Source: an uncultured Acidobacteriota bacterium
GTDB taxonomy: Bacteria; Acidobacteriota; UBA6911; RPQK01; JAPXNP01
Direction: 5' to 3'
NCBI GenBank assembly: GCA_963777605.1
Contig: CAVZRV010000030.1
Span: 320,001-384,000, forward strand
Length of the DNA: 64,000 bases
In this document: positions 40,830 through 51,367 of the stretch, piece after piece
Layout: each line of letters opens with the position of its first letter
Position numbering within the stretch: the first letter of the stretch is position 1
Notes under the pieces: generated by a model
What the model saw: only the letters and a program-made list of their open reading frames with translations
Database searches by the model: none
Told to the model about the DNA's origin: nothing
Position numbers and translations under genes: made by a program

Positions 40830-42443
40830 GTGGTTAAGAAAATACTGAGCAATCTTGGGAGTTTTGGACTGATTCTGCTGGTCGTGGGACTGTTCAATTA
40901 CTCGGTTACGGGTCTGTGGAACTGGATCGCCCAGGTCGGCGTTTACGGTGGAGCAGCCCTACTTGTCATCTATCTGGTCACCAATTTCTCCGAGGTCAGG
41001 AGCGCGATTCAGTCCCGTTCTGCACGACTCGGGGGTATGGCCCTGGCAACACTGCTTCTCGGGGTGGGAATCCTGGCCCTGGTCAACTTCCTCAACTTCC
41101 GGCACCACGAGCGCATCGACCTGTCCGAAGGCGGGGTTCACGCCCTGTCCGATCAGACCCGGAAGGTCCTGGACAATCTCGACCAGAATATCCAGATCAT
41201 CGCTTTCTACGAGGACGAACAGGGTGCCCGGCGTTTTCAGGACCTGGCCGACGAATATCGCTACGCCAGCCCCAAGGTGACCTACGAGGTCATCGATCCG
41301 CTCAAGGACCCTTCCCGGGTTTCCCAGTACGAGGTAACGCGCAATGGGCAGATCGTCGTGGAGGGGGCCAAGAAGAAGGAGACCATCGAGGATCCCACGG
41401 AAGAGAAGTTGACCAACGCCATCATCAAGGTGACCCGGGACGTGGAGAAGAAGGTCTACTTCCTGTCCGGGCACGGTGAGCGCTCGCTGGACGACCCGGA
41501 AGGCGACGGCTATTCCACCGTCAAACAGGCAATCGAAAAGCAGAACTACAAGGTAGCCACGTACAACCTGGCCCAGGAGAACAAGATTCCCGAAGACGCC
41601 GCGGTGCTTATCTCGGCCGGTCCGAAGGTGAACCTGTTTCCGAACGAAGTCACACTGCTGGAGACGTTCCTGGCCGACGGCGGCAAGTTCTTTCTCCTGG
41701 TCGATCCGGAAAACGATTTCAAGATGAACGATTTCCTGAAGCAGTACGGGCTCGAACTGGACGACGACTTTGTCGTCGATGCCAGCGGCCTCGGCCAGTT
41801 GTTCGGATTCGGCGCGGGCGCCCCGCTGGCGGCCGAATACGCCTCGAACCCGATCACCAAGGACCTGCAGGGAACCATGACCATCTTCCCGGCGGCCCGC
41901 AGCGTTCGCACCGTGGACAGTTCCCTCGGCTACAAGACGGTGGAACTGGTCAAGACGTCCCCCCAGAGTTGGGGCGAGACCGAACTCAAGCAGAGTGACA
42001 AGGTCGGCTTTGACGAAGGGAAGGACCGCAAAGGACCGCTTCCGATCGCTGCCGCGGCAACCAAGGAAGAGCCCACTGCGGATGCCGGAGCTGAGTCTGC
42101 GGGCAAAGCCAACGAAAATGGCGAGGATCCCGCGGCCACTGCAGATGCCAAGGCTGCCGATTCCGATTCCTCGTCGAAGGAAGCCCGTCTCGTGCTTTTC
42201 GGAGACACGGACTTTGCAACCAATTCCCTGTTCGGCACTTCGGTCAACGGGGACCTCTTTCTCAACACGGTCAGTTGGCTGGCCGAGGACACCGATCTTC
42301 TTTCCATCCGGCCTCGGGATCCTCTGAATCGGAGCGTCACATTGACGGCGACCGAGAGCCGGCTCATCTTCTGGGCCACGGTGATCCTGTTTCCGTTGGT
42401 AACCCTGATCTTCGGGATGGGGGTCTGGTACCGGAGGCGCTGA
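40830..42443 (+). CDS. GldG-like ABC transporter auxiliary component
   Basis: N-terminal TMs, RIDLS....ALS.QT, KVYFLSGHGE, LFGDTDF, N.DLFLN...WL, C-terminal TM then YRRR; start may be 40815. Confidence 0.87.
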   Translation: MVKKILSNLGSFGLILLVVGLFNYSVTGLWNWIAQVGVYGGAALLVIYLVTNFSEVRSAIQSRSARLGGMALATLLLGVGILALVNFLNFRHHERIDLSEGGVHALSDQTRKVLDNLDQNIQIIAFYEDEQGARRFQDLADEYRYASPKVTYEVIDPLKDPSRVSQYEVTRNGQIVVEGAKKKETIEDPTEEKLTNAIIKVTRDVEKKVYFLSGHGERSLDDPEGDGYSTVKQAIEKQNYKVATYNLAQENKIPEDAAVLISAGPKVNLFPNEVTLLETFLADGGKFFLLVDPENDFKMNDFLKQYGLELDDDFVVDASGLGQLFGFGAGAPLAAEYASNPITKDLQGTMTIFPAARSVRTVDSSLGYKTVELVKTSPQSWGETELKQSDKVGFDEGKDRKGPLPIAAAATKEEPTADAGAESAGKANENGEDPAATADAKAADSDSSSKEARLVLFGDTDFATNSLFGTSVNGDLFLNTVSWLAEDTDLLSIRPRDPLNRSVTLTATESRLIFWATVILFPLVTLIFGMGVWYRRR

Positions 42444-42469
42444 ACGGCCGACGAAGGAGGGAATAAATC

Positions 42470-43781
42470 ATGAAGAAACTCATCATCCTGACGGCCTGCT
42501 TCGCCGGGCTGGCCGCGTTCGTCTATTTCTACGAGATCTCGGGAAAAGAGGCCCGGGACCAGGCGGAGGAACTGCAACAGAGTGTGTTGCGGGTCGAGCA
42601 GGACAAAATCCACTCGGTGGAAATCGACCACCAGGGCCAGGAGCCGATTGTCCTCGAGAAGGTGGATGACAACTGGGTGTTGCGGAAGCCGATTGACGCT
42701 CTCGCCGACAACGGTGCCGTTGACGGCCTGCTGCGAGACCTGTCCGCCGCGAAACGGGACCGGACCCTCGAAGCTGTCTCCGGAGATGATCTCAAGACCT
42801 ATGGACTGGACGATCCCGGGATCCGGGTCAAGGTGGACGCAGAGGGAGGTGTCAAGACTCTCCGGGTGGGAAACAAGGACTTCTCCGGAAGCAAGCTCTA
42901 CGTCCAGCTGGAAGGGTCCAAGGATGTGCTGGTGACTTCGACGTCGCTGGAGACGTCGGTGAACAAGCCGACGGCGGACTGGAGAAGCAAGGATGCCCTG
43001 AAGTTCGACCGGGCCAAGGTCGAGCAGATTGAAATCCATCGGCCGGCCGGAAACCTGGATCTTCAGAAGCGCGACGGGAACTGGGTCCTGACTTCTCCTG
43101 AAGAGGGGGCTGCCGACGAGACCAAGGTGACGAGTCTTCTCTCGACCTTGGAGTTTGCCAAAGCCGTCCGGTTTGTAGAAGAAGATCCCGAGGATCGGAT
43201 CCCAGTACGGACTCGACAAACCTCCGGTTTCCGTGCGCCTGCGCGAAGTGGGCTCGGAAGCCTGGCAGGAACTCGATCTCGGCAAGCAGGACGGGGAGAA
43301 CTATTTCGCCCGCAGTTCCGACCGGAGCCCGGTGTTCACCTTGAAAAAGGAGGTCTTCGACGCTCTCACCCAGGATGCCGGAAACCTCCAGGAGAAGGGC
43401 GTCGTGGACGTCAAACAGGACCAGGTGTCAAAGGTGCAGATCCAGAGGGGTGACGAAGCCCTGGTGGTTCGACGTGAGGACTTCAAGTGGATCGTGGAGG
43501 AACCCTCGGAGTACAAGGATAAAGAAGCGCTCGCATACAAGTTCTGGTACCCCATCGACGACATGCAGTTCGAGGAGATTCAGAAGAACGCCCCTCGCCC
43601 CGAGAAGGCCGACGTCGAAGTGAAGGTCACCCTGACCGACGGTTCGGCGAAGGAGTTCTGGTTCTGGAAATCAGGTGACGACTACCGGGCCCTTCGATTG
43701 GGGACCAACACCGGGGGCAAGGTCAAGGCGGAAGACTTCGATAAGCTTCAATTCAAAATCGCTGATATTGTTGGAGGTTAG
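42470..43781 (+). CDS. DUF4340 domain protein, frameshift near 43197
   Basis: N-terminal anchor; repeated W....P....AD...V..LL..L and YGLD.P motifs; the second YGLDKP lies in the frame of ORF 43233..43781. Confidence 0.82.
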
Positions 43782-43884
43782 CGGGAAGCGGTCCCTTGAT
43801 GCCTTTGAGGGAGGGCGTCAGAATAGAACCCGGGACAGGCGCAGCCGCCGGTCCTGATTACCATTAGGAAGGAAGTTGGGGGGT

Positions 43885-46587
43885 ATGGCTGATCCAGCTG
43901 GAAGAGCAAAGAAGGACAATTTGACCGAACTCGAGGCGGTTGAGACCCAGGAATGGCTGGACTCTCTGGAATACGTGATCCAGGAAGGCGGCCCGGAACG
44001 GGCCATTCAGCTGCTGAGAGATCTTCAACTTTACGCAACCCGGCGCGGCGTGCACCTGCCGTTCTCCGCGAATACGCCTTACATCAACACGATCCACGAA
44101 TCCGAGCAGGTCCCGTACCCGGGAAACAGGGAACTGGAACGCAGGATCAAGAGCCTGGTCCGCTGGAACGCCATGGCAATGGTCGTTCGGGCCAACAAGG
44201 AAGCCGATGGCATCGGGGGACACATCTCTACCTTCGCTTCCGCCGCGACCCTTTACGAGGTCGGCTTCAATCACTTCTTCCGGGGCCCGGAGCACGAGAG
44301 CGGAGGCGATCTTGTCTACTTCCAGGGGCACGCGTCTCCCGGGATCTACTCCCGAGCGTTCATGGAAGGGGTGCTCTCAGCCAAGAAATTGGAGAACTTC
44401 CGCCGTGAACTGGCTCCGGAGGGTGGACTTTCGTCCTATCCCCATCCCTGGTTGATGCCTGACTTCTGGCAGTTTCCGACTGTCTCGATGGGCCTTGGCC
44501 CGATTCAGGCGATTTACCAGGCCCGTTTTACCCGGTACCTGGAGCATCGCGGCCTGACCCCGGCGACCGGCAAGCGAATCTGGGCGTTCCTCGGCGACGG
44601 GGAAACCGACGAGCCGGAAACCCTGGGTTCGATCAGCCTGGCGGCCCGGGAAGGCCTGGACAACCTGGTCTTTGTGATCAACTGCAACCTGCAGCGCCTG
44701 GACGGCCCGGTTCGTGGAAATGGCAAGATCATTCAGGAACTGGAAGCGATCTTCCGTGGAGCGGGCTGGAATGTGATCAAGGTGATCTGGGGTTCGGAAT
44801 GGGATCACCTCCTGGAAGAGGACAAGGACGGCCATCTCGTCAAGCGGATGGAAGAGGTCGTCGATGGCCAGTATCAGAAGTACAGCGTCGAGTCGGGCGG
44901 ATTCATTCGCAAGGACTTCTTCGGCAGGGACCCGGAACTTCTGCAGATGGTGAGCCACCTTTCTGACGAGGAACTGCGCCGCCTGAAGCGGGGCGGCCAT
45001 GACCCCCTGAAAGTGTATGCGGCCTTCCGGGCTGCGACGCAGAAGAAGGGCGCCCCAACGGTCATTCTGGCAAAAACGATCAAAGGGTACGGACTCGGTG
45101 AAGCGGGAGAGGGCAAGAACATCACTCACTCCCAGAAGAAGCTCAACGAAGAGGAACTGCGGGTATTCAGGGACCGGTTTGGAATACCCATCTCGGACGA
45201 GGAGGTCAGCAAGGCTCCCTTTTATCGTCCCCCGGATGACAGCCCCGAGATCCAGTATCTGAAGGAACGGCGCAAGATCCTGGGCGGCTCCCTTCCGGCA
45301 CGTCGCGTCCGAACCGAGCCGATCCGCACTCCTGCCGACGAAGTCTTCTCCGAGTTCTATTCCGGTACCGGCGGGCGTGAAGTCTCGACCACGATGGTCA
45401 TGGTCCGAATCCTGGCCAAGCTCTTGCGGGACAAGGAAATCGGCAAGCTGATCGTCCCGATCATCCCGGACGAGGCGCGCACCTTCGGCCTCGAAGCGCT
45501 TTTCTCCCAGGTGGGGATTTACTCCAGCAAGGGGCAGCTCTACGAGCCGGTCGATGCCGGCGGAATCATGTACTACAAGGAAGCCAAGAACGGGCAGATT
45601 CTGGAAGAGGGGATCACCGAGGCCGGTTCGCTCAGCTCATTCATCGCGGCGGGAACGGCCTACTCTACGCACGGCGTCAATACGATTCCGTTCTTCCTTT
45701 TCTACTCCATGTTCGGGTTCCAGAGGGTCGGCGACTTGATCTGGGCCGCCGGCGACCTCCGCTGCCGCGGTTTTCTTGTCGGAGCGACGTCCGGGCGGAC
45801 GACCCTGAATGGTGAGGGCCTGCAGCACGAAGACGGGCACAGTCACCTGCTCGCCTACACGGTTCCCAGCGTGGTCGCCTACGACCCGGCTTTTGCCTAT
45901 GAACTGGCCGTCGTCGTCCGGGACGGCATCCGAAGGATGTACGAGAACCAGGAGGACGTCTTCTACTACCTGACTGTCGGCAACGAGAATTACGACCAGC
46001 CGGCTTTCCCCGAGAAGAACCGGGACAAGATACGGGAAGGCATCATCAAAGGCATCTACCGCTTCAGGGAGGCCGACAACAAGGACGCCGAGCTGCGTGT
46101 TGACCTGTTTGGCAGCGGGGCCATCATGAACTGCGTCCTGCGGGCCCAGAGCCTCCTCGCGGACGAGTTCAACGTGTCGGCTGACGTCTGGAGTGTCACC
46201 AGCTACAAGGAACTTCACCGTTCCGTTCTTGACGCGGAGCGGTGGAACATGCGGCACCCCAAGCAGAAGGCCCGCAAGGCATACGTATCCAAGGTTCTTG
46301 AAGGATCGTCTGGAATCTACGTTGCCGCTTCGGATTACATGAAAGCGCTTCCCGAATCGATCGCGCGCTGGTTGCCGGGACGGCTGGTATCGCTCGGAAC
46401 CGACGGTTACGGCCGGAGTGACACGCGGGAAGCACTGCGGGACTTTTTCGAAGTCGATCATCGACACATTGCCCTGGCCGCGCTCTACGGGTTGATGCAG
46501 GAAGGGAAGGTGTCGGCGGCCGTAGTTGAGAAAGCGATCAAGAAGCTGGACATCGACACCACCCGCGCCAACCCCTGGCTGTTGTAG
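43885..46587 (+). CDS. aceE: Pyruvate dehydrogenase E1, homodimeric type
   Basis: ETQEWLDSL, GGHIST, SSYPHP, PTVSMGLG, GDGETDEPE, NCNLQRLDGPV, GEGLQH. Confidence 0.97.
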   Translation: MADPAGRAKKDNLTELEAVETQEWLDSLEYVIQEGGPERAIQLLRDLQLYATRRGVHLPFSANTPYINTIHESEQVPYPGNRELERRIKSLVRWNAMAMVVRANKEADGIGGHISTFASAATLYEVGFNHFFRGPEHESGGDLVYFQGHASPGIYSRAFMEGVLSAKKLENFRRELAPEGGLSSYPHPWLMPDFWQFPTVSMGLGPIQAIYQARFTRYLEHRGLTPATGKRIWAFLGDGETDEPETLGSISLAAREGLDNLVFVINCNLQRLDGPVRGNGKIIQELEAIFRGAGWNVIKVIWGSEWDHLLEEDKDGHLVKRMEEVVDGQYQKYSVESGGFIRKDFFGRDPELLQMVSHLSDEELRRLKRGGHDPLKVYAAFRAATQKKGAPTVILAKTIKGYGLGEAGEGKNITHSQKKLNEEELRVFRDRFGIPISDEEVSKAPFYRPPDDSPEIQYLKERRKILGGSLPARRVRTEPIRTPADEVFSEFYSGTGGREVSTTMVMVRILAKLLRDKEIGKLIVPIIPDEARTFGLEALFSQVGIYSSKGQLYEPVDAGGIMYYKEAKNGQILEEGITEAGSLSSFIAAGTAYSTHGVNTIPFFLFYSMFGFQRVGDLIWAAGDLRCRGFLVGATSGRTTLNGEGLQHEDGHSHLLAYTVPSVVAYDPAFAYELAVVVRDGIRRMYENQEDVFYYLTVGNENYDQPAFPEKNRDKIREGIIKGIYRFREADNKDAELRVDLFGSGAIMNCVLRAQSLLADEFNVSADVWSVTSYKELHRSVLDAERWNMRHPKQKARKAYVSKVLEGSSGIYVAASDYMKALPESIARWLPGRLVSLGTDGYGRSDTREALRDFFEVDHRHIALAALYGLMQEGKVSAAVVEKAIKKLDIDTTRANPWLL

Positions 46588-46659
46588 GAATCGTGGAAGA
46601 TCTGGGGGAGTGAGCGGTTCCTTGACTCCCCGGTATTGAATTGTAGATAGAGGAGAGTC

Positions 46660-48051
46660 ATGGCGATTGAGTTCAAACTTCCGGAACTGGGCGAGAACGT
46701 AGTCGGCGGGGACGTCGTGGCGATCCTGGTCAAAGAGGGAGACACGATTTCCCGGGACCAGTCTATCCTCGAGTTGGAAACCGACAAGGCGACCGTGGAG
46801 GTCCCGTCGGAGGTCGCCGGAACGGTGACCAGGATTCACGTGTCGGATGGGGATCACATCGAAGTGGGACAGGTGATCCTTTCGGTTGACGAGTCCGACG
46901 CGGACGGCGAGGCTGCCGGCGCGGACGATACGGGCGCTGGCGAACCGGAAGAATCGGCGCAGCCCGAACCTGAGCCGGAACAGGAAGCCGAATCGGAAGC
47001 CGAACCTGAGTCGGAACAGGAAGCCGAATCGGAAGCCGCGGAGCCCGAACCCGGCACCGAGGCAGGTGGCTCGGAGGCCGCCTCCCGGAAGCCTGCTGAC
47101 GGAGGCGCCCCTGAAAAGAGCGCTCGGGCCCGAGCCCGGGATCGGGCACCTCAGAAACTGGTCCCGGCATCTCCCGCGGTGCGCCGATTTGCCCGGGAGA
47201 TCGGAATCGACATTGCCGAGATTTCGGGAACGGGGCCCAGAGGCCGGATCTCGATTGATGACGTGAAGGCCTTCTCCAGGGAAACTCGATCGGCAGAGGG
47301 GGCTGGAGGAGTTCGCCCGGCATCCGAGTTGCCCGACTTCTCCCGCTGGGGGACCGTTGAGCGGGAGCGCTTCAACAATGTCCGGCGGGTGACGGCCAGT
47401 CGCCTGGGCGAGGCGTGGGCCCAGGTCGTCCACGTCACAAATCACGCCCAGGCCGATGTGACGCGGCTGGAGGAACTTCGTGAGCGACATTCCGCCCGGG
47501 TCGAAGAGGCGGGAGGGAAGTTGACCGTAACGGCAATTCTTCTCAAAACCGTGGCTGCGGCCCTCAAGGTCTTCCCCAAGTTCAACGCCAGCATCGACAT
47601 GCGCAACGAAGAAGTCGTGTACAAGCAGTACTGCAACATCGGGGTGGCGGTTGACACACCGAAGGGACTGCTGGTTCCAGTGATTCGCGACGTGGACCGC
47701 AAGAACATCGTGCAGTTGTCGATCGAGTTGAAGGGGGCCGCCCAGAAGGCCCGTGACGGGAAGATTTCTCTGGATGACCTTCAGGGAGGCTGTTTCACCG
47801 TGACCAACCTGGGTGGTATTGGAGGGACGTCTTTTACTCCGATCGTGAATTACCCGGAGGTGGCGATTCTGGGAGTTTCGCGTACCCAGGTGGCCCCGGT
47901 GTTCCAGGACGGGGAGTTCGTTCCCAGGAAGATGCTGCCGCTTTCTCTCTCCTATGATCACCGCCTGATCGACGGCGCGGATGCCGCCCGTTTTCTGAAG
48001 TGGTTGGTCGAGGCCCTGGAGGAACCATTCTTCCTGCTTCTGGAGGGTTGA
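46660..48051 (+). CDS. aceF: Dihydrolipoamide acetyltransferase E2 with one lipoyl domain
   Basis: LETDKAT lipoyl site, ASPAVRRFARE, GTGPRGRI, LSYDHRLIDGA. Confidence 0.95.
   Translation: MAIEFKLPELGENVVGGDVVAILVKEGDTISRDQSILELETDKATVEVPSEVAGTVTRIHVSDGDHIEVGQVILSVDESDADGEAAGADDTGAGEPEESAQPEPEPEQEAESEAEPESEQEAESEAAEPEPGTEAGGSEAASRKPADGGAPEKSARARARDRAPQKLVPASPAVRRFAREIGIDIAEISGTGPRGRISIDDVKAFSRETRSAEGAGGVRPASELPDFSRWGTVERERFNNVRRVTASRLGEAWAQVVHVTNHAQADVTRLEELRERHSARVEEAGGKLTVTAILLKTVAAALKVFPKFNASIDMRNEEVVYKQYCNIGVAVDTPKGLLVPVIRDVDRKNIVQLSIELKGAAQKARDGKISLDDLQGGCFTVTNLGGIGGTSFTPIVNYPEVAILGVSRTQVAPVFQDGEFVPRKMLPLSLSYDHRLIDGADAARFLKWLVEALEEPFFLLLEG
46966..47037 (+). repeat. 36-bp tandem duplication in the E2 acidic linker
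   Basis: gaacctgagYcggaacaggaagccgaatcggaagcc twice, 35/36 identical. Confidence 0.9.
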
Positions 48052-48072
48052 GTTCGGTAAGGAGGATTGGGC

Positions 48073-50256
48073 ATGAGAGGTTGCATTGTTCGTTTCGCGG
48101 TATTTGTCTGTCTCCTGGTTCCAGGTCTTGCCGAGGAAGGGATGTGGCCGCCTGAGCAGCTACCCGCCATCGGCAAGCAGCTCAAGGCGGCGGGCCTCGA
48201 GCTCGATCCGAATCAGTTGACCAGCCTCACCGGGTACCCGATGAATGCCGTGGTCAGCCTCGGTGGCTGCTCGGCTTCCTTTGTCTCACCCAAGGGGCTG
48301 GTGATCACCAACCATCATTGCGCGTACGGGTCGATCCAGTACAACTCGACAGCCGATCGCAACCTGCTGGCCGAAGGTTTCCTGGCTCATTCCACCGAAG
48401 AGGAACTCCCCGCAGCTCCCGGATCGCGGGTGTACGTCACGGTGGAGTTCAAGGACGTCACCGACCAGGTGCTGGCCGATCTGCCCGAAACCCTCTCGGG
48501 CCTGGAGCGCTACAAGCAGATCGAGAGGCACGAGAAGGAAATCGTCGCAGCCTGTGAGAAGGAGCCCGGGTACCGCTGCCGCGTTGCTTCCTACTATGGC
48601 GGTTTGCGTTTCACGATGGTACGCCAGTTGGAGATTCGAGATGTCCGGCTCGTCTACGCTCCGCCGTCCGGAATCGGAAAGTTCGGCGGGGACATCGACA
48701 ACTGGATGTGGCCGCGTCAAACGGGTGACTATTCGTTCTACCGAGCCTACGTCGGAGCGAACGGAGGACCTGCCGACTATTCGAAGGACAATGTTCCCTA
48801 TCAGCCCAGGCACTACCTCAAGGTGTCCCCGGAAGGGGTTAAGCCGGGAGACTTCGTGATGGTCGCCGGCTATCCTGGTTCGACCGGGCGCTACCGGCTC
48901 GCCGTCGAGGTCAAGAACACCTTTGAGTGGGGTTACCCGGTGCGGACCGAGGTGTACCGCGACTGGTTGAAGATCATCGAAGACGTTACCCGTGACAAGC
49001 CTGAAGCGGCAATCAAGTACGCGAGTCTCGAATCGGGACTGAACAATGTGCTCAAGAACAACGAGGGCATGCTCGACGGTTTTGCCAAGAGCAACATGGT
49101 GGAAGAGAAGGAGCGGCTGGAAAGCGGCCTGGTCCAGTGGATCAACGCCGATCCGGGCCGGCGCAAGGAATTCGACGACATCCACGAGAAACTGGTCCGG
49201 GAAATTGAATCCGCCAACGCCAGGCAGGTGCGGGATTTTTATTACGGCCTGGCGGGGAGATCTTCGTTGCTCAGTGCGGCCAGGACCCTTTACAAGCTGG
49301 CGAAGGAACGGACCAGGCCCGACCTGGATCGGGACATGGGTTTCCAGGAGCGTGACATCTCCAGGATCCGCCAGTCGATGGAGGCGATCGACCGGCGGTT
49401 CGACCCGGCTGTGGACCGGGCGGTCTTCGAGCACTTCGTGCTCGAGTACGGGGATAAGGTGCCCGAACGCAACCGCGTAGAGGCGTTCGATCGCTGGTTC
49501 GACCTGGGGAAGGGCGGGGATGCCGATGAAGCGGTGAGCGCGCGGCTCGCCGGGATGTATTCGAAAACGAAGCTGACCGACGCGAAAGTAAGGTTGGGCT
49601 GGATCGATCGCTCGACTTCCGACTTCGAGTCCTCGGACGATCCCTTCATTCAGCTCGCGGTGCGGCTCTATCCCGCCGACGAAGCCCTGCAGCGGGAGGA
49701 GGAAGAGCAGGCCGGTCGGGAGCAGTTGCTCCGTTCCCGCTACATGGCGGCGCTGCTCGAATACCTCCGTGGCCAGGGCAAGGAAGTCTACCCGGATGCC
49801 AATGGGACCCTGCGGGTGACCTACGGGACGATCAAGGGCTACACTCCGAGGGACGCGGTCTTCTACGAACCATTCACGACGATCCGGGGAGTCCTGGAGA
49901 AGGATACCGGGAAGGAACCCTTCGATACTCCGCCGGCCGCGCTCAAGGCCATGAAGGATCTGCAGGGAGGACGCTACGTGGTGTCCTTCCTGAATTCGGT
50001 GCCCGTGAATTTCCTTTCGACAGTTGACACCACCGGTGGAAACTCTGGTTCCCCAACCCTCAATGGCAAGGGGGAACTGGTCGGTCTCCTCTTCGACGGA
50101 AACTACGAGAGCATGATTTCGGACTGGGATTTCCTGCCCCAGATTACCCGCTCCATCCACGTGGACATTCGATACGTCCTCTGGTTGATGACCAACGTGG
50201 ACCACGCCGATTGGCTCCTCAAGGAGATGGGTGTGCCGGTGAAGTTCGGAGAGTAG
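48073..50256 (+). CDS. S46 family dipeptidyl peptidase
   Basis: Signal peptide then EGMW, GCSASFVS, TNHHC, DNWMWPR, YPDANGTLR, DTTGGNSGSP, FDGN. Confidence 0.95.
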   Translation: MRGCIVRFAVFVCLLVPGLAEEGMWPPEQLPAIGKQLKAAGLELDPNQLTSLTGYPMNAVVSLGGCSASFVSPKGLVITNHHCAYGSIQYNSTADRNLLAEGFLAHSTEEELPAAPGSRVYVTVEFKDVTDQVLADLPETLSGLERYKQIERHEKEIVAACEKEPGYRCRVASYYGGLRFTMVRQLEIRDVRLVYAPPSGIGKFGGDIDNWMWPRQTGDYSFYRAYVGANGGPADYSKDNVPYQPRHYLKVSPEGVKPGDFVMVAGYPGSTGRYRLAVEVKNTFEWGYPVRTEVYRDWLKIIEDVTRDKPEAAIKYASLESGLNNVLKNNEGMLDGFAKSNMVEEKERLESGLVQWINADPGRRKEFDDIHEKLVREIESANARQVRDFYYGLAGRSSLLSAARTLYKLAKERTRPDLDRDMGFQERDISRIRQSMEAIDRRFDPAVDRAVFEHFVLEYGDKVPERNRVEAFDRWFDLGKGGDADEAVSARLAGMYSKTKLTDAKVRLGWIDRSTSDFESSDDPFIQLAVRLYPADEALQREEEEQAGREQLLRSRYMAALLEYLRGQGKEVYPDANGTLRVTYGTIKGYTPRDAVFYEPFTTIRGVLEKDTGKEPFDTPPAALKAMKDLQGGRYVVSFLNSVPVNFLSTVDTTGGNSGSPTLNGKGELVGLLFDGNYESMISDWDFLPQITRSIHVDIRYVLWLMTNVDHADWLLKEMGVPVKFGE

Positions 50257-50506
50257 TCCAGGCAGCCCTGCCTGAAATGTCGGCCGGGCAGCCTTGCCCG
50301 GCGACAGACAGGTGCCACCGTTGCGCTTGACCGGGCTGGCAGCCCGGTTGACCCAACAGGCTGGCAGCCTGTATTACTTCGATCGTAATCCAGGTAGCCC
50401 TGCCTGGGATGTCCCCGCGGGCAGCCTGGCCCGGCGGTTGCCGGAACCGCCACACCTGCCCGGGCTGGCAGCCCGTTCGACCCAGCGGGCTGACAGCCTG
50501 GATTAC
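50253..50506. repeat. Two tandem REPIN-like units of ~125 bp
   Basis: 50253-50377 and 50385-50506; each opens with gtaRtccaggYagccctgcctg and closes with inverted ggctgRcagcctgKattac. Confidence 0.8.
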
Positions 50507-50677
50507 CTCCCATCCGCCGTCACCTCCGGATTGCCTGCTAGAATACTTTCCACATGCCTGCTGAGTCTCGTGACCCGCTGATTCAAGTCCGGGGTATGGA
50601 CCTGGAACTTCTGCCCGAGCGTCTGCTCTCCCTGCCGAACCGCGGGAGCATTGCCTGAATTGGAGAGCAGAAGACGG

Positions 50678-51358
50678 ATGGACTCACCCGCCCTGAAGTT
50701 CGAAGGTGTTTCGAAGGTCTATCGGAGTTCCTCCGGAAAGGAGTTGGTTGCGCTCAGCAGCGTGTCGTTCGAGATTGTTTCGGGACGCGTGATCTCGGTC
50801 GTCGGGAGAAGCGGGAGCGGAAAATCGACCCTGCTGCACCTGGCGGCGGGCATCGACGTTCCGACCGGCGGGGAAGTGCAGATTCAGGGGCGGGATTTGA
50901 GCAGGCTCTCTGAGCGGGAACGCAGCCTGCTCCGTCGCAACACTGTAGGCCTCGTCTTTCAGTTTTTCCACCTGCTCCCACACCTCAGCGTGCGCGACAA
51001 CATCGCGCTGCCCGCGTTCATTTCCGGGAAGCGCCTGGCCGACGTCGAAGAACGCCTTGTTCACCTTCTCGATCGGGTTGATCTTGCCTCCCGTGCGGAC
51101 GAGAGTGTCGATCGATTGAGCGGGGGTGAGATGCAGCGGGTTGCGATATGTCGAGCGCTGCTCTCGTCTCCGCCCATCCTGCTGGCCGACGAGCCAACCG
51201 GCAACCTCGATGACGACAGTGCCCACGGGGTCATGCGGCTGATGCTGGAACTGGTTCGCGACGAAGGCTGCACGCTGGTGTACGTCACGCACAGCGCCGA
51301 GATTGCCTCGCTTGCCGACGAAACCTGGACCATTCACAGTGGCCACCTCGAGACGTAG
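50678..51358 (+). CDS. ABC transporter ATP-binding protein (LolD/AttE-like)
   Basis: GRSGSGKST, VFQFFHL, LSGGEMQRVAI, LADEPTGNLD, VTH. Confidence 0.93.
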   Translation: MDSPALKFEGVSKVYRSSSGKELVALSSVSFEIVSGRVISVVGRSGSGKSTLLHLAAGIDVPTGGEVQIQGRDLSRLSERERSLLRRNTVGLVFQFFHLLPHLSVRDNIALPAFISGKRLADVEERLVHLLDRVDLASRADESVDRLSGGEMQRVAICRALLSSPPILLADEPTGNLDDDSAHGVMRLMLELVRDEGCTLVYVTHSAEIASLADETWTIHSGHLET

Positions 51359-51367
51359 GAAGCTGCC

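Noticed and set aside
45637-47961. Long antisense ORFs (774 aa here; also 48286-50205, 26270-27727, 57035-58351)
   Set aside because: Shadow frames of GC-rich coding genes with no recognisable motifs
50253-50506. Possible CRISPR array
   Set aside because: Only two degenerate ~125-bp palindromic units, no constant repeat-spacer period and no cas genes
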